Assembly (NCBI GenBank): GCA_964016885.1
Contig: OZ024743.1
Location: 59,954,001 to 60,018,000, forward strand
Direction: 5' to 3'
DNA: 64,000 nt
DNA from: Eledone cirrhosa
Taxonomy: Eukaryota
Positions 1 through 14,184 of the stretch are shown here, in pieces; positions within the stretch are counted from its first letter, which is position 1; each line of letters begins with the position of its first letter. A model generated the notes under the pieces. It did no database searches. It saw only the letters and a program-made list of their open reading frames with translations, and had not been told where the DNA came from. A program made the translations under genes and the position numbers.

Positions 1-731
1 CATTCAATAACTTCACGCGTATTTCCCCATTGTTTAAGGTGTATCTTGTGTTTAATTTGTGGGATGATTTTATCTAAAATTTTCTTGCTGATAATACCAA
101 TGTCGGACTTGGAAGGGCAGATAAGTCTTATCGAGGGGTTGCTAATGAAGTCCTCATTATGATCCTTCAGAGAGAATCTAGGGGGGTTTGGGGTGTATGG
201 TTGTGTATGCCTCTGAAATCCTAGTTTAAACACTATATTATATCCCTCTATATTAATATCCTCTACGTTTTTCAAAGTGGTCTTCTTGTAGCTTTTATGT
301 AGTTCATTATATATAAACTTTCTATAAGTATTATAATATAGGCTGTATATGTTATTAGTTTTATCTGCGTGTACAATAATTTTATTACTAGTTTTGAATC
401 CATTAATAGAGGTGTTAAGTTTGTTTAAGAAGGTGTTGCTTCTATTATGGTGTTTATTGTATTTAATGTTCTTAACTAGTTTAACTAGGTCATTTTCAAA
501 GGAGTTAAGTAGTGCGTTATGAGGGGGTCTTTTAAAGGTTTTAAAGCCGAAGGAGTCAAATTTGTTAGTATTATTAACATTGTTAGATCTGTTTCTATCA
601 TAATGGAATGTCCTCCATCTCACTCTATTGATAAATGAATTTACACTATTGATCAGCAATTTCTCATATCTATTCTTGGATGGTATTGGTATGTTCTTGG
701 TTGACATGGGGAGTTGGTCTTTGATTAGCAT
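1..731 (-). CDS. Penelope-like element (PLE) reverse transcriptase, N-terminal part; ORF runs off the window edge
   Basis: Manual translation from the ATG at 731 gives ~243 codons with no stop seen: MLIKDQLPMSTKNIPIPSKNRY...FINRVRWR...FGFKT...SFENDL...IIVHADKTNNIY...LKDHNEDF...IRLICPSKSDIGIISKKILDKI...QWGNTREVIE. The ADK and KxH blocks are PLE RT N-terminal motifs. The KNIPIPS start resembles Hydra-clade-like PLEs (clade tentative). Confidence 0.85.
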   Translation of the reverse strand, partial: MLIKDQLPMSTKNIPIPSKNRYEKLLINSVNSFINRVRWRTFHYDRNRSNNVNNTNKFDSFGFKTFKRPPHNALLNSFENDLVKLVKNIKYNKHHNRSNTFLNKLNTSINGFKTSNKIIVHADKTNNIYSLYYNTYRKFIYNELHKSYKKTTLKNVEDINIEGYNIVFKLGFQRHTQPYTPNPPRFSLKDHNEDFISNPSIRLICPSKSDIGIISKKILDKIIPQIKHKIHLKQWGNTREVIE

Positions 732-983
732 ATTGGTAATTTATTGTATGTCAGCTCAGCAATATGGAGAGTTAATAGTATTAATTATACTATTTATGGT
801 TATGTAAATACAAAAACCTTTTGCAGTTATATATATTTTTATACAAACCCTAAATAGTGGTAGGCAGTAATATATTACTACCTTATTACCAGTAAGTTCA
901 GTAGCTCAATGTAAACATATCAGATGATTTACAGAGCAGTTATATGAATTATAAGAATCAAAGAACTGTTCAAAACATTTTTA

Positions 984-1031
984 TGCTTACAACTGTTTCA
1001 TCCAAATCGAGGTTTGGATTTCTTCGGAGCA
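984..1031 (-). ncRNA. Minimal type-I hammerhead ribozyme motif in the PLE pseudo-LTR
   Basis: Minus strand reads TGCT-CCGAAGA-A-ATCCAAA-cctcga-TTTGGAT-GAAA-CAGTTG-TA-AGCA. This gives stem I TGCT/AGCA, core CCGAAGA (a variant of CUGANGA), a 7-bp stem II, GAAA, a short self-complementary stem III and a GUA triplet. It is in the same orientation as the RT ORF. Confidence 0.7.
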
Positions 1032-2094
1032 ATTTATTATTGAATGAACACTTATATGACCTCCTTTTCACCCAAGAAACATACAGACACATATGCAATG
1101 ACCCAAGAGACATACAGATACATATGCGATGACCCAGAACTTACCAGAGATCATTGTGTGTTGAAGTGATTCTGCAATCACCGCGCCTTGTCTTTGAGTA
1201 GAATGCAACCACAGAGATCATTAATTTAGAATCCTCGCTCGTCATGTATAATATTCATTTGTGGCACTCTACGATGGGGGTTAATCACCATAATAATAAG
1301 AACATCTTCAGCACAACATAATAGACTACTCTATAGTTAGAACACTTAAAATTTTAGAAATATTTTAGAAATTGTGCATAACGTTATACGTTAGGGTCTA
1401 TTTTGAGACACATTTTAATAGTTAATAATAGAAACCACGGAGTTACCTCCCCTCATGCATTAACTCCCCTTAGCCACACACACACTTCCGGGTAGTATTT
1501 CGATGTCGATTCTCGGAACGTAACATCCTCCTGTATTGAACTAAAGAACGTCAGACTACGATTCTCTAACTGGATTGTCAAATGCCCAATATCGAATAGT
1601 CGTGGATTATGTGAGGGCATATAATCTGAAAAATACGCTCCCCAGACTATGAAAATGTCGAAGTGCATGAAGTCCATATCATCGCTTCGCTGCGCATTTC
1701 CAATATTTTTAATGCTTACACTATTTTTAATACTTATATTATTTCTCCACACACAGACTATAACAATCATATAAATAACTCGTCACCAGATCAACCAACC
1801 TAACACTCTTGATTACCTGCTTAAGTGCTTCTACTACACGTAACTCTCTGCCACACTATATAAACAAGACGCACGTGCTTGCCACACATATAACCTTTGC
1901 ACTATATAACCGCTTATTTTCGTGTTGTATTTTAACCTGTATTTTTGATTGTATCTTTTAATATGAATGTAAGCTCTAAGTGTGTACTGCCACTCTAAAT
2001 GCTGTAATGAATGTTGACCCACAATATTTGCATATGTATCTGTATGTCTCTTGGGTGAAAAGGAGGTCATATAAGTGTTCATTCAATAATAAAT

Positions 2095-2141
2095 TGCTCC
2101 GAAGTAACCAAACCTCGGTTTGGAGGAAACAGTTGTAAGCA
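2095..2141 (+). ncRNA. Degenerate copy of the hammerhead motif in the inverted pseudo-LTR
   Basis: TGCT-CCGAAGT-AACCAAA-cctcgg-TTTGGAG-GAAA-CAGTTG-TA-AGCA. The core A9 and the base of stem II are mutated. Confidence 0.5.
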
Positions 2142-2343
2142 TAAAAAAGTTTTGAACAGTTCTTTGATTTTATAATTCATATAACTGCTCTGTAAATCAT
2201 CTGATATTTTTACATTGAGCTACTTAACTTACTGGTAACAAGGTAGTAATATATTACTGCCTACCACTATTTAGGGTTTGTATAAAAATATATATAACTG
2301 CAAAAGGTTTTTGTATTTACATAACCATAAATAGTATAATTAA

Positions 2344-2345
<2 letters not shown>

Positions 2346-2417
<72 letters not shown>
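2346..2417. repeat. (TA)n microsatellite
   Basis: Direct reading. Confidence 0.95.
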
Positions 2418-2419
<2 letters not shown>

Positions 2420-2485
2420 AGTAGAACAAAACCATCGACTTATACTCTCTCATCACGGTTGCGACGTGTGAGTTGAATATATTAG

Positions 2486-2803
2486 ATTGGCGTGAATGGC
2501 ACACAAATTGGTATCTGTGAAAAGACCGACTATACATGCATCAGTAGCTTCTTGAAAAGCCATCACAGCAGAAGTCTGGAAATGAAGATCAGTCTTGAAT
2601 TCCTGAGTGATCTGACGTACCAGACGTTGGAAGCGAAGATAAATGATGAGTAGTTCTGTAGATTTGTTGTAATGTCTGATATCACGGGAAGCTACGGAAC
2701 CCGGCCTGTAACAATGAGGTTTCTTAACACTACCTGTCGCTGAGGCACCTTTCCTGGTTACCTTGGTAGCAAGTTGTTTACGAGGAGCTTTTACGCCCGT
2801 GGA
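2486..2803 (-). pseudogene. H3: Histone H3 pseudogene fragment (about residues 10-115), replication-dependent type
   Basis: [35 protein letters not shown]...KSTELLI...[29 protein letters not shown]...[13 protein letters not shown]. Many substitutions at invariant residues and both ends are missing. A31 and SAVM at 87-90 match canonical H3 rather than H3.3. Confidence 0.95.
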
Positions 2804-2975
2804 ATGCCTGAAATGCATAGACGGTTGTCCCCTTTGCTTCTGCAGGACATCACCAGAGGGCGTTAGCCCCCGGTAGGTGCATGGCTACGGCTTCCTAAAA
2901 TCGTATTTCTTTCGAAATAAGAAATGTATATATATATTATATAAAACTAATCTTGAAGCGAAATCTTATTTCTCT

Positions 2976-3035
<60 letters not shown>

Positions 3036-3403
3036 TTTCGTATATCCAAAGAAATAGGGTTTTAGGAAGCCAAAGCTAGGCAAACACCGGGGAGCTAACG
3101 CTCTCTGGTGATGCCCACCAGAAGAAAGAGGTACAACCGTCTATGCATCTCAGGCTTAACTGGCCTTCGCCAGGACGGTCCTTCCCACCGATTGCGACTG
3201 CTGGACTAGAAGACAGCCGAGAATATATACTTTTCTCGTCTGTGTAAATGAGGTGATTAATCTCATTTGCATATGAAGCTGCATAAATTGGCTCAACTTA
3301 TAATAAAAAAGAAATAGGATTTCGCTTCAAGCATAGCTTGGGTATACGAAATATTTATACATATTGTATAAAGCTATGCTTGAAGCGAAATCCTATTTCT
3401 TTT
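2804..3403. mobile_element. Unclassified ~330 bp repeat family ('family X'): partial copy 2804-2935 and oppositely oriented copy 3031-3356 on either side of (TA)n
   Basis: 2804-2925 is the reverse complement of about 3035-3155. The 3031-3356 copy has imperfect terminal inverted repeats (aaatatttcgtatatccaa / ttgggtatacgaaatattt). Related copies occur at 53.6-54.3 kb and 58.8 kb. Confidence 0.65.
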
Positions 3404-4985
3404 ACATATATATATATATGTGTGTGTGAGTGTGTGTGTGTATACATATATATATATATATATATATTAGAAAAGAGAAGTAAGGATTCTATACAAAACA
3501 GTGGATATAGAGAAAAGATGAAGTTGGGAATAGCACGGGAAATATATTTAAGGGTCTGTTTTTTTTCTTTTTTGATACGTCAATGTGACAATATTGAAAA
3601 GATAATTTTATTAAAAGGAAAATGTTATTAAAAAAAATATGTATGATGTATATAAAGTATACGAAGAAATTACCGGTTTCCTGTGTGTCATTAAAATCCT
3701 TCTTTTCAAATGTTGTGTGTAAACAATTTAAAAGAGTTGATAGGAGTTAAAAACGAAAGGTTTAAAATTAAAATCAAAATCAAATATTTCAATAAATGTT
3801 CTTCCATCCTGCTTGCTGAAAGGTTGGGTGGAGAACTTTAATTGTTTCTCTGCAGGGGAGGAAATTGTTTTGAAAAAATATCCTGTGTGTGTATTGTTAA
3901 TCGTGTGGTCAAAGGTTCAAAGAGGGATAGGGGATTGTAATTTGAGCTGAATTTTCTTGTAGTAGTAGTCGGAGGAGGAGGATGTATGTGCACATGATTC
4001 TAATTGCGTAACATTATAGTTGAACATAAATATATGTTTTATTGCTTTGGAGGTAATAACATACAGAAACATTCGCTACTCACATTCTAAATATGAAAAC
4101 GTTTTTTTGAATATCGTTGTCGGTGAATAGACAAATATCTCAGCCATTAAATAATTGCAGTAATGGTTGTATCGTTCTAAATGTTCTTCATAACCACGTG
4201 GTTAATGTTTCCAGCCAACTGTCTCCAGTCTTCCACTACAGTTATAGTTTCACAATGATTTTGCGTCGGATTTGAGTATTTATACATATATAGAGAGAGT
4301 GTGAGGGTATATATACAACAGTACACACAGGATAAGTGTGTGTGTGTATATGGATGTATGTGTTTTTTCAGTTTGTCTGTCATAGTCTATTTAGCAATAA
4401 ACACATGTGTGTATGTGTTGGGTTGTTGTGTGTGTTTGTGTGTGTGTCTTTTTCAGCCTGTCTGTCACAGAAACCTTTGTGAAGGGGAATTAGGAAAAAC
4501 AAATTTTCTCTTCAAAATTCAGAAAATTGTCAAAAAATAAAAAATTATAATCCAAAAGATTCTCAGAATACAAATATTTTAAAATTAAAGAAATTAAAAG
4601 AAACCTTCCCCAAAAAACTTTTAAAAATATATTAAAAATAATTTAATAAAACCCTTTAAAACACTTTTTCTCAAAAAATGATATGTATATATATCTAGTC
4701 ATTAAACATGTTATGTATATATATCCAGGGAGTGTAACTTGGAGTTAGTGTAGGTTCACCCGTTGAGCACTCGATGTTTAGGTTCACTTCAGTGTCGAGG
4801 TGTAGAGCTATACATAGTGTATTATAGTTAAATACTCCTTCATTACTCCTTAATTACGTTTATTGGTTGGTGACGTGCGTTTTGCCACTGATCTGCTCAA
4901 TGTTCGATCTGTATCGATCTAACCTGACTCTGTAAACCGCGGCTCGTCAGACCCCTTGTAATGTTAATGGAAGAATGAAAACATG

Positions 4986-6380
<1,395 letters not shown>

Positions 6381-6389
6381 TCACCACTA

Positions 6390-6480
<91 letters not shown>

Positions 6481-6531
6481 TATATAGATATATATATATA
6501 TAATATATATATAGATATATATATAGATATA

Positions 6532-6625
<94 letters not shown>

Positions 6626-6640
6626 TATATATATGTATAT
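6390..6640. repeat. Compound (TA)n/(CA)n microsatellite
   Basis: Direct reading. Confidence 0.95.
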
Positions 6641-7463
6641 ATGTGTGCATATATTTATATCATTTTTTAATTCATCGAAATTATCGTTGCGCGAAAGAAA
6701 CACGAGTCAATATATCTGAATTAGGTTGACTAGCATTTAATGATATACACAGTGAATTCATTGTCTGGAAGTGACAAGTAAAAATTCGATTTCGAATGAA
6801 CGAAATAATGGAATAATAAATGGCTTAATATAATAATGTTGGTTAAACTGGGGGACGATGGTATTGCTCTTAAATTAGAATTATGGACAAAACTATATTT
6901 CGATTAAAAATGAAAAAAAAAAAAGATAATAATAATCTAGGTTAATGATTTGGTAAAGATTTCATCTTTTACTGAGAGAAATAAATCCTAAATTTTGCGG
7001 TGTCTCTTTATTTATTTAATACTTTTTTGCCTCGGTATTTATTTTTAATTAGCCCACTTGCTATCGAATAGTATTAAAAAAAAATAATTGTATTTTATTT
7101 TATTTTATTAAAGTCAATTCTATGAGCATACTGAATTTTAATTATGGAATTAATAAATATGGAGAACATGTTTTTCCAAAATTTAGTGAGAATCATTGAT
7201 TTCAACGAAATACTAATTTATTCAAGATCTTATCATGGAAGAGACGCTACAGAAAAAAAATGATGTTTCTCCGCATTATGATTCTTTATATACATGAAAT
7301 TACAACTCAATATAATCAGGAAGTCACAAACATCTCACAACTGAACACATGTAAATATTCAGATAAATATATTCATATCATAATGAGCCTACATTAATAT
7401 AAGCTCACAGACTTACACGCATATACACGTTCATACACACAAACACCCAGACACGTACACACC

Positions 7464-7494
<31 letters not shown>

Positions 7495-7663
7495 CAAAGG
7501 AAATGTGGTAAGAAACCGGATGGACCATAACGCGCCAGAGTACTGAATACTTAGGATTGTAGAGTGGGAAATAGGAAAAAGTATGACCCCGACGTCAGAT
7601 CTAAAGCCGTTTCGACGGCTATTTCTGTCCAGAAATAGCCGTCGAAACGGCTTGAGCTCCGTC
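7495..7663. mobile_element. Short PLE pseudo-LTR-like piece in (TA)n with a fold-back
   Basis: Homologous to 59278-59452 (aaggaaatgtggt...gatggaccataa...aatacttagg...gtagagtggg...gaccccgacg) and to 5115-5155. It contains a perfect 24-bp inverted repeat at 7604-7627/7630-7653. Confidence 0.6.
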
Positions 7664-8049
7664 CATATATATATATATATATGGCAATATACAGTATGTT
7701 TGCTTAAAAAGATTTTGAAGACCTTACGCTATCATTTTAAAGTAGTGACTATGTCACTTACTTCCTTTCGGTGAAAGAAGGCAGAGTATCTAACAGTCTG
7801 TTGCGTGCTGTTTGGCAATCATCATAGCTACGTACTGCCCTCTTCCGCTGAAAATTATAGAAGCTGGATTCTTATAGAATTCTAGTAATAATCAGGAGCT
7901 GATTATACAGAGAGATTGCCGGTCCAGCAAAAATTAAGTATTAGGATTGGTACTCTGAAATAGTGATGTATACATGAATGTATGCATAGTATAAATGGCA
8001 ATGTACAGTATGTTTAATTAAAAACATTTTGAAGACTTTACGCTATCAC

Positions 8050-9382
8050 TACAGGAATCAAGCCCAGGCATGTTCAAGAAAGCATTGATAGTTGTACTCT
8101 ACAAAAAAGGTAGCAGACCTCATCGTGAGAACTATTGTCCTATCGTGTTTATAAGCTTTTCATAAGTATCATTGCAGCATGAGTGAAGTCATTTCCTGAA
8201 ACGCAAGCTACGTATCAGCCTGGAATAGGCACCATTGAGCAGATCCTAGCTATTGAACAACTCATTCAGAAATCAATAGAATTCAGCAATACGGTGCACA
8301 TCACCTTCATTGACTTCCCAAAAGCTTTTGACAACGTGAAATTAATCCGATTGTGGCAACTCTTGAACAAAACCTCGGTTAACAGGAAATACATCAATCT
8401 ACTGACAAAGATTTACACCAACTCAACAGCATATATCAATATAGATTTTGGAACTACACGGTCTATAGACATCCTAAAGGGAGTTAAACAGAGGTATGTG
8501 CTGTTAGCACTTCTTTTATGTTTAGTTATAGCTGCATTTATCTAACAAACTGGAGAAGAATGCTCCTCTTGGTGGAGGTAAAATCCTATCAAATCTTAGC
8601 TATGAGGAGGATCTGGCTATCATGAGTTACTGTAGATCTGATCTGCAAAACTTTGTGAATGTAGGGGTCAAACATTTGCTGGAGGAAGGCTGGCGCATCA
8701 AGATCTCCAAAACAAAGTGTAAGACAACTGATGAAAATAATGCCAATCTCCAACTCAAAATCTACAACCAGCAAATTGCTCAAGTTACAGAGTTTGTATA
8801 ACTCGGTCACAAACTATCATCAAACCACAATGGAATGGTCACTGCGTCGTATCGCATCGCTCTAGGTTGGGTAGCTTTCAACAAGAACAAGGAAGTACTA
8901 ACATCAAACAAGTTTCCTATCATTTGAAGGCTGAGATATTCGATACTTACATCCTTCCAGTTGTGTTATATGGGATGGATTGTGTTAATTGGTCGACAAG
9001 GTCACTTCAGAAGCTCTCTACATTCCGGAACCACATCATGAAACGTATGACTGTCATGCGGCTCAGCACCCTAATCTGTATCAGTGAATTGCTGAACATC
9101 ACCGGGCTTAGACCAATCACACCAGTTGTCAGGTCAATAGTGCTTAAATTACATGGTCACATAAAAAGATCAACTCGTGGTGTGAGTAAATTATGATTAG
9201 AAGAAAAGTTGGCTGGTAAGAGAAGCAGAGGTCAGTAGCCAAAAACGAAGGGTTGATAATGTCAAATTATGGACTGGACTTCACACTTGTTTTTTTAATC
9301 TCTGCTGTTGGTGATCAAACTTTGTGGAGAAAAATATCTCATGTTGATGCGCAGTCTGCAAGTGGCGGAGTTTAGCGTCTGG
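8050..9382 (+). mobile_element. Degraded, 5'-truncated LINE RT (RTE-like)
   Basis: ORF pieces QATYQPG..TIEQI..IEF..HITFIDFPKAFDNV..KGVKQ and K..IFDTYILPVVLYGMD.W..L...GHIKR, with stops and frameshifts. Ends at a (TA)/(TG) repeat. Confidence 0.8.
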
Positions 9383-9612
9383 ATATATATATGTATGTAT
9401 GTGTGTGTGTGTGTGTGTGCGAGAGTGTATGTGTGTGTGTGTTTACATGAGCACGAAAGTGTTTGTTTCTCATTTCCTTACTTTTCCTTACTCTGTATGT
9501 GTCTGTGCGTGTGTCTGAGTGTACATGAGTGTGTGTATGTGAAGGTGTGTGGTTTCTTTATCGTATAGAAGAGTGTTACCTATAGACTGATTCAGTATAA
9601 TATAAAAATAAT

Positions 9613-9828
9613 GGTTTCTTATATACGCACAAGGCCATAATTTTGGGGGAGGGGAAAGTCAATTAAATCGATCCCAGTACGTGCCTGGTACTTTATTTTA
9701 TCGACCCCGTAAGGATGAAAGGCAAAGTTAATTTCGGCGGGATTTGAACTCAAACCGTAAAGGACCGTAACTCTATGCTGCAAAGCATGGCATCCGACCC
9801 TCTACTGATACTCCCAATCGACCGCCCT
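9613..9828 (-). mobile_element. tRNA-derived SINE (family S1)
   Basis: On the minus strand there is a GGGCGG..TTGGGAGTATCAG A-box-like head, a B-box GAGTTCAAATC, the central block GCCTTTCATCCTTACGGGGTCGATAAAATAAAGTACCAG and a CCTTGTG...GAAACCATT tail. Multi-copy in this window. Confidence 0.85.
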
Positions 9829-9847
9829 TAATATAAAAATAATAAGA

Positions 9848-10900
9848 ATGGTTACTTTATCAGCCACAGAGGGATGAAATCAAGAAAATATTAACTATTG
9901 CACAAGACGATATGGAGTGGGATTTATGGAGTAAAGAGTGTGATAAAAGTAAACAAGAAACAGGTAAGAATTTAAGAAAAAGAAAATTCCCCAATAGGGA
10001 AGGAGGGAATACGAAGCATTATTCGTGAAATAAATGCACTAATACCATTGATACCTTGATAGCTAACACGCGGGCAGCTGTTCTCTTCCTATCTACAGGC
10101 ACATACGCAAAGCTGGCCCATCCTATCGAACCACCCTTGCCGCTGCCCACCACCTTTCAACAAACTGGATAAATGCTTGCAGTTCCCCTTTAAGTGAAAT
10201 TTGAGAAAGTTAATTCAAGTCTCGCCGAAGAAAACAATGCTTATTCTTAAATCTTTCAACCGCCTCCACCACACAATCTATTTCACCACAGCCACCCCGC
10301 AGGTGAAAATTGACTGCTCTTTCCAACTAAATGAAGAATGCGGGACTATCTTCGCATTAGAATCAGCCGATAAACGTATACGTGCTACACACCACAGCAG
10401 CCCTAGAAGTCAGTAAGTGCTTGGACTCTGAGTGAGCGGGTGAAGAGCAGTATCGTTGCCTTGCATTCGTGTCGGACAGGTTCCGCTGACGACACTTTCA
10501 TGTCTGTAGAGCTTAGCTCGAATCGGCAAAGTTGTTGGTAGCATTCCCAGGCTAGGGACTTTCAAATGTTTTCCATTGTCCCAGGTTAACTGATTTCCTG
10601 AGGGACCTGTTAGTTGATCGCCTTCAACGCCCAGAATCCACATAATAATACTATCAATTTAGCACACCATTAATACTAAAGTAAATGTTCAACCGACAAA
10701 GGACTATATGTGCTTGTCATGCTGGTAGCAAAGCACTCCCTCTAACTCCTCCATCAAGGATATGGGGAATATACTTGTTCACCGTCAATGAAAAGATGGA
10801 GAAATTGATCATCTACGCATGCCTAAGCAACAGGAGCAGCGGGATGCCCAGCCTTACCGCTTCCGCACCTCCCCGAATTTTGCTGTTTAAAATTGACTTC
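9848..10900 (-). mobile_element. Degraded 3' fragment of a Tx1/L1-like LINE
   Basis: Minus-strand remnants (IVWWRRLK...INFLKFHLK) match the ORF2 C-terminus of the elements at 14.2-18.7 kb and 39.3-44.9 kb. The 3' terminus is similar too. Confidence 0.65.
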
Positions 10901-11049
10901 CGTCATCGCTAACAGAGGTTGAAATGGAGAAGGTTGGAACTGGTGAGCGTAATATATCTGAAAATGAGAACAATATAGGACGGGAGATGTGTAAAGTAAA
11001 AAGATGATAACTAATGACACGGAAAGCAACAGAATAAATTTGTTTCCAT

Positions 11050-13950
11050 AAATAGAAAGCTTATTGATTGATGAAACATAATTGATTAGAAGAGAATAAA
11101 TACAAGGCTATGATGACGAACATCAAGATATAGTAAGTATTTACATCATCATATTAGAGAAAACCATGACGCGACAAACCTGAATCTGAGATATACTGAC
11201 AGACGTAAAATGAAAGGCGAAACGGAGAAAATGGATTCTATCTCAAAACTGTTGCGATGTTAAACATTACAGAAACACATATAATCATTAGGCTTGTCGC
11301 AAATGTTATTCTTGATTGTTGCGGGTATAAAAGAAAAGAAAATTTACAGTGTAATGTACTATATTGAAGAAAACATATATGTGGTAAACAAGATAGTATT
11401 AAAGAGGACATACATAAGGTGGACGGTTTTAAGAAATGAGAACAACAAAATCAAAGGACAAAATAAAATTTCGGACGAACTTACAAAATAAGTGGTAAGG
11501 GAATTCATACTGTATTTAAGGAAGTAAAACAGTGATCTCTGACCATCACACCTAAATTGAAGTGGTATGATAATTGAATCGGAGAATATCGACATAGGAG
11601 AAGTTTTGAAGTTAATCAGAAAAAAGCCGTTTGAAGAAATTGAATTAAAGCCACATGAGAAGGTAGTACTTCCTGTAAAAGAGAGCACAACCTATTAAAG
11701 CGAGATTCTGGATGATCCGGTGAAACATAAGGACAAAGATGAGTGGCTAAAAGGAATGAAGAGCCGGTCAGGTAACAAATAACAACAAGAAATATGTATA
11801 ACTGTGAATAAGTTAAAAAAGCAGTTCAGTAACACCAAATTAGAAGGACCCAGGTCTGGCTGGTACGCAGGGATACAGGATGAATATTTTCAAGTGTATT
11901 CATGAAAGTATTGCAGCTCAGCTAAATGTTTGCCTGTAGGATCGTACAGTTCTGGAATGGAAGACGACAGGAAAGACATTGTTCTGACCTTAACATGCAA
12001 ACAATTATAACCAATCTTTCGGCTCATTAGATGTCTTCCACTTATGTGGAAATTAATGACAGATGTAGTGAATAGGGAACTGTATATCTACCTTGACCAA
12101 TCACATTTGCTGCCAACTGAGCAGAAGGAATGATGAACGAAAAATAAGGGGTCAAGAAATCCAAATTTTCATGGATAAGATATTTATCTTGAATTGCGGA
12201 GGGCAATTTAAACATGGTTTGGAAAGAGAAGATATGAAGATAATGTATGGTGTGTGAGAAATCATGAGAAATTTAATATGCAATAACTTGAGAAGTTGGA
12301 TGACAAAATGCGGGATCAGATACATTAACTAATGTATGAATTAGGCGAATAATAGTTCAAGGTGATAGTTTATGGCAAATTATATTTGTACTGGTAATCT
12401 AAGTTATATCTTGCAGGCAAGAAAGCAAGAATACAATCTAGGAAATGAAAAAGGGAAATTGAAGCAACTATTATTTATGGATGACCACTGCATGCGAAGA
12501 AACAGAAGGAATTGAAGAATGTAGTGCAAACAGTACGTACCCTTTCAGAAGATATTAAAATTTGTGCGACAATAATCATGAGAAGAGGAAATATCGAAAC
12601 GACGGATGTAGTAAAAGTGATTAGCCGAGAAATGTGGACATCTGTTGAACCAGGTTTAAGATAATTATCTTAAACCTGGTTCAACATATGTCCACATTAT
12701 AATCTTGAATTTGTAGAGGGTTAAGGCATTAAACACAAGGCGGTGTAGGGCATGACGAAGATACGGTAATTTAAGGAGAGATCAAAACAGACTTAGGGTA
12801 AATGTGAATCGGGTAAACATGATTCCAAGCTAAATGTTAGGGCAGTTGCAACTATGCGATACGGGAGAACGTCTATAATGCGGCCGGATGTTGTGTCTCA
12901 AAAATTGGATACAAATGCATGAAAATTACTGGCAATATATAGGTCACATCGCCTACCTGTACATATAGACAGATTATTCAATAAATGAGAAAATAGAGGC
13001 AAGGTTTTTATTGGTTTAGAAGGCAATTGCTTATTGAAATAATTGTCTGAAAGCAACGAAGTATTGTTGATAAGAGTAAGAGAGGAAGTGAGAGGAAAAT
13101 AAATCAATGCAAATACAAGAGGAACATATGGAAGCAGTGTTCAACAGAGAAATACACAATTTCACAGTGTGACATTTGAAGTAGCAGCTTAACGAAGATT
13201 GGATTGGTTTTAAAATGGCACACTGTTAAAAGAAACTGAGGGTACAATTTTTGTAGTTCGAGATCAAGCAGTAGCTAATATCTGGTGTGTTAACTAAAAA
13301 AAAAAAGAACAATGATATTCCTTGTCTACATTATGCAATGAGTGTAACGAAACGATATCACATTTTCTTTATGAAGGTTCTAAACAGGCATAAATGCAAT
13401 AAAAATTATGGCAGTATGATGAAGTTGCAGACGTATTACATTGCTTATTGTGTGAGAAATGAGAAATTGAAAGAGGAATGACCTGATATGATCATAAACC
13501 ACGAATATCATTGAATGAGATAGAATTAAAATAATTTGGTATTTTCAAATACAGGCACGCCAAAAGTTAAAGCGCAATAAACCAGATATAGATGTGGTGA
13601 AAAGGTCAATAAGATATGAATATTAATATAGGTGAATTTCCAATTTGATTCAAGAATAGAAAGGAAAAAAAAACAGAACAGGAACAATCATGCAAATCTG
13701 TGAATTACGAAATTGCACGGATATGGACTATGAAGCGTTTTGAGATAGTACCGATAATTTTGGGAGCATTGGGAACAACCACAAAAGATATCAAAAGACT
13801 GATAAAGAAAACTTTCGTTATATGCCTAGTTGAACTATTGCAGATTAGATGCCTGTTTGGAACAGCGAAGATAATCAGAAAAGCACTTGATAGCTGAATG
13901 GTATATATGCTGATGCCAACACCAAGATTTCCTTCTAGGCATAAACCAAA
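11050..13950 (+). mobile_element. Old, heavily degraded R4/Dong-like RT-RLE element (family C)
   Basis: Remnants include RCLPLMWKLMT, LLPTEQKE, LLFMDD and the C-terminal EIARIW.MK..EIVPIILGALGT...LLQ..CLFGTAKIIRKALD. Followed by an (AAT)n tail. Confidence 0.8.
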
Positions 13951-13978
13951 CTAAAATAATATTGATAATAATAATAAT

Positions 13979-14168
13979 TGTTTCTACTTTTTGGCACAAC
14001 GCCAGCAATTACCCAGTGCATTACTGGCACTTTATTTTATCGACCCTCGTAAGGATGAAAGGCAAAGTTAACCTCGGTGGGATTCGAACTCAGAATGGCA
14101 AGGGCCGTAACTCTTTGCGTCAAAGCATAGCGTCCGACCCTCTACAGATACTGCCAATCCACCGCCCT
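13979..14168 (-). mobile_element. tRNA-derived SINE (family S1)
   Basis: Same head, central block and tail as the other S1 copies. Sits between two (AAT)n tracts. Confidence 0.85.
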
Positions 14169-14184
14169 TGATAATAATAATAAT

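Larger units (their letters stand above)
776..2349. repeat. Inverted pair of PLE pseudo-LTRs (~320 bp arms at 776-1098 and 2028-2349)
   Basis: The arms are near-identical reverse complements, e.g. tatttatggttatgtaaatacaaaaacc vs ggtttttgtatttacataaccataaata. They lie directly upstream of the PLE ORF, and the outer arm ends in a (TA)n tract. Confidence 0.85.
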
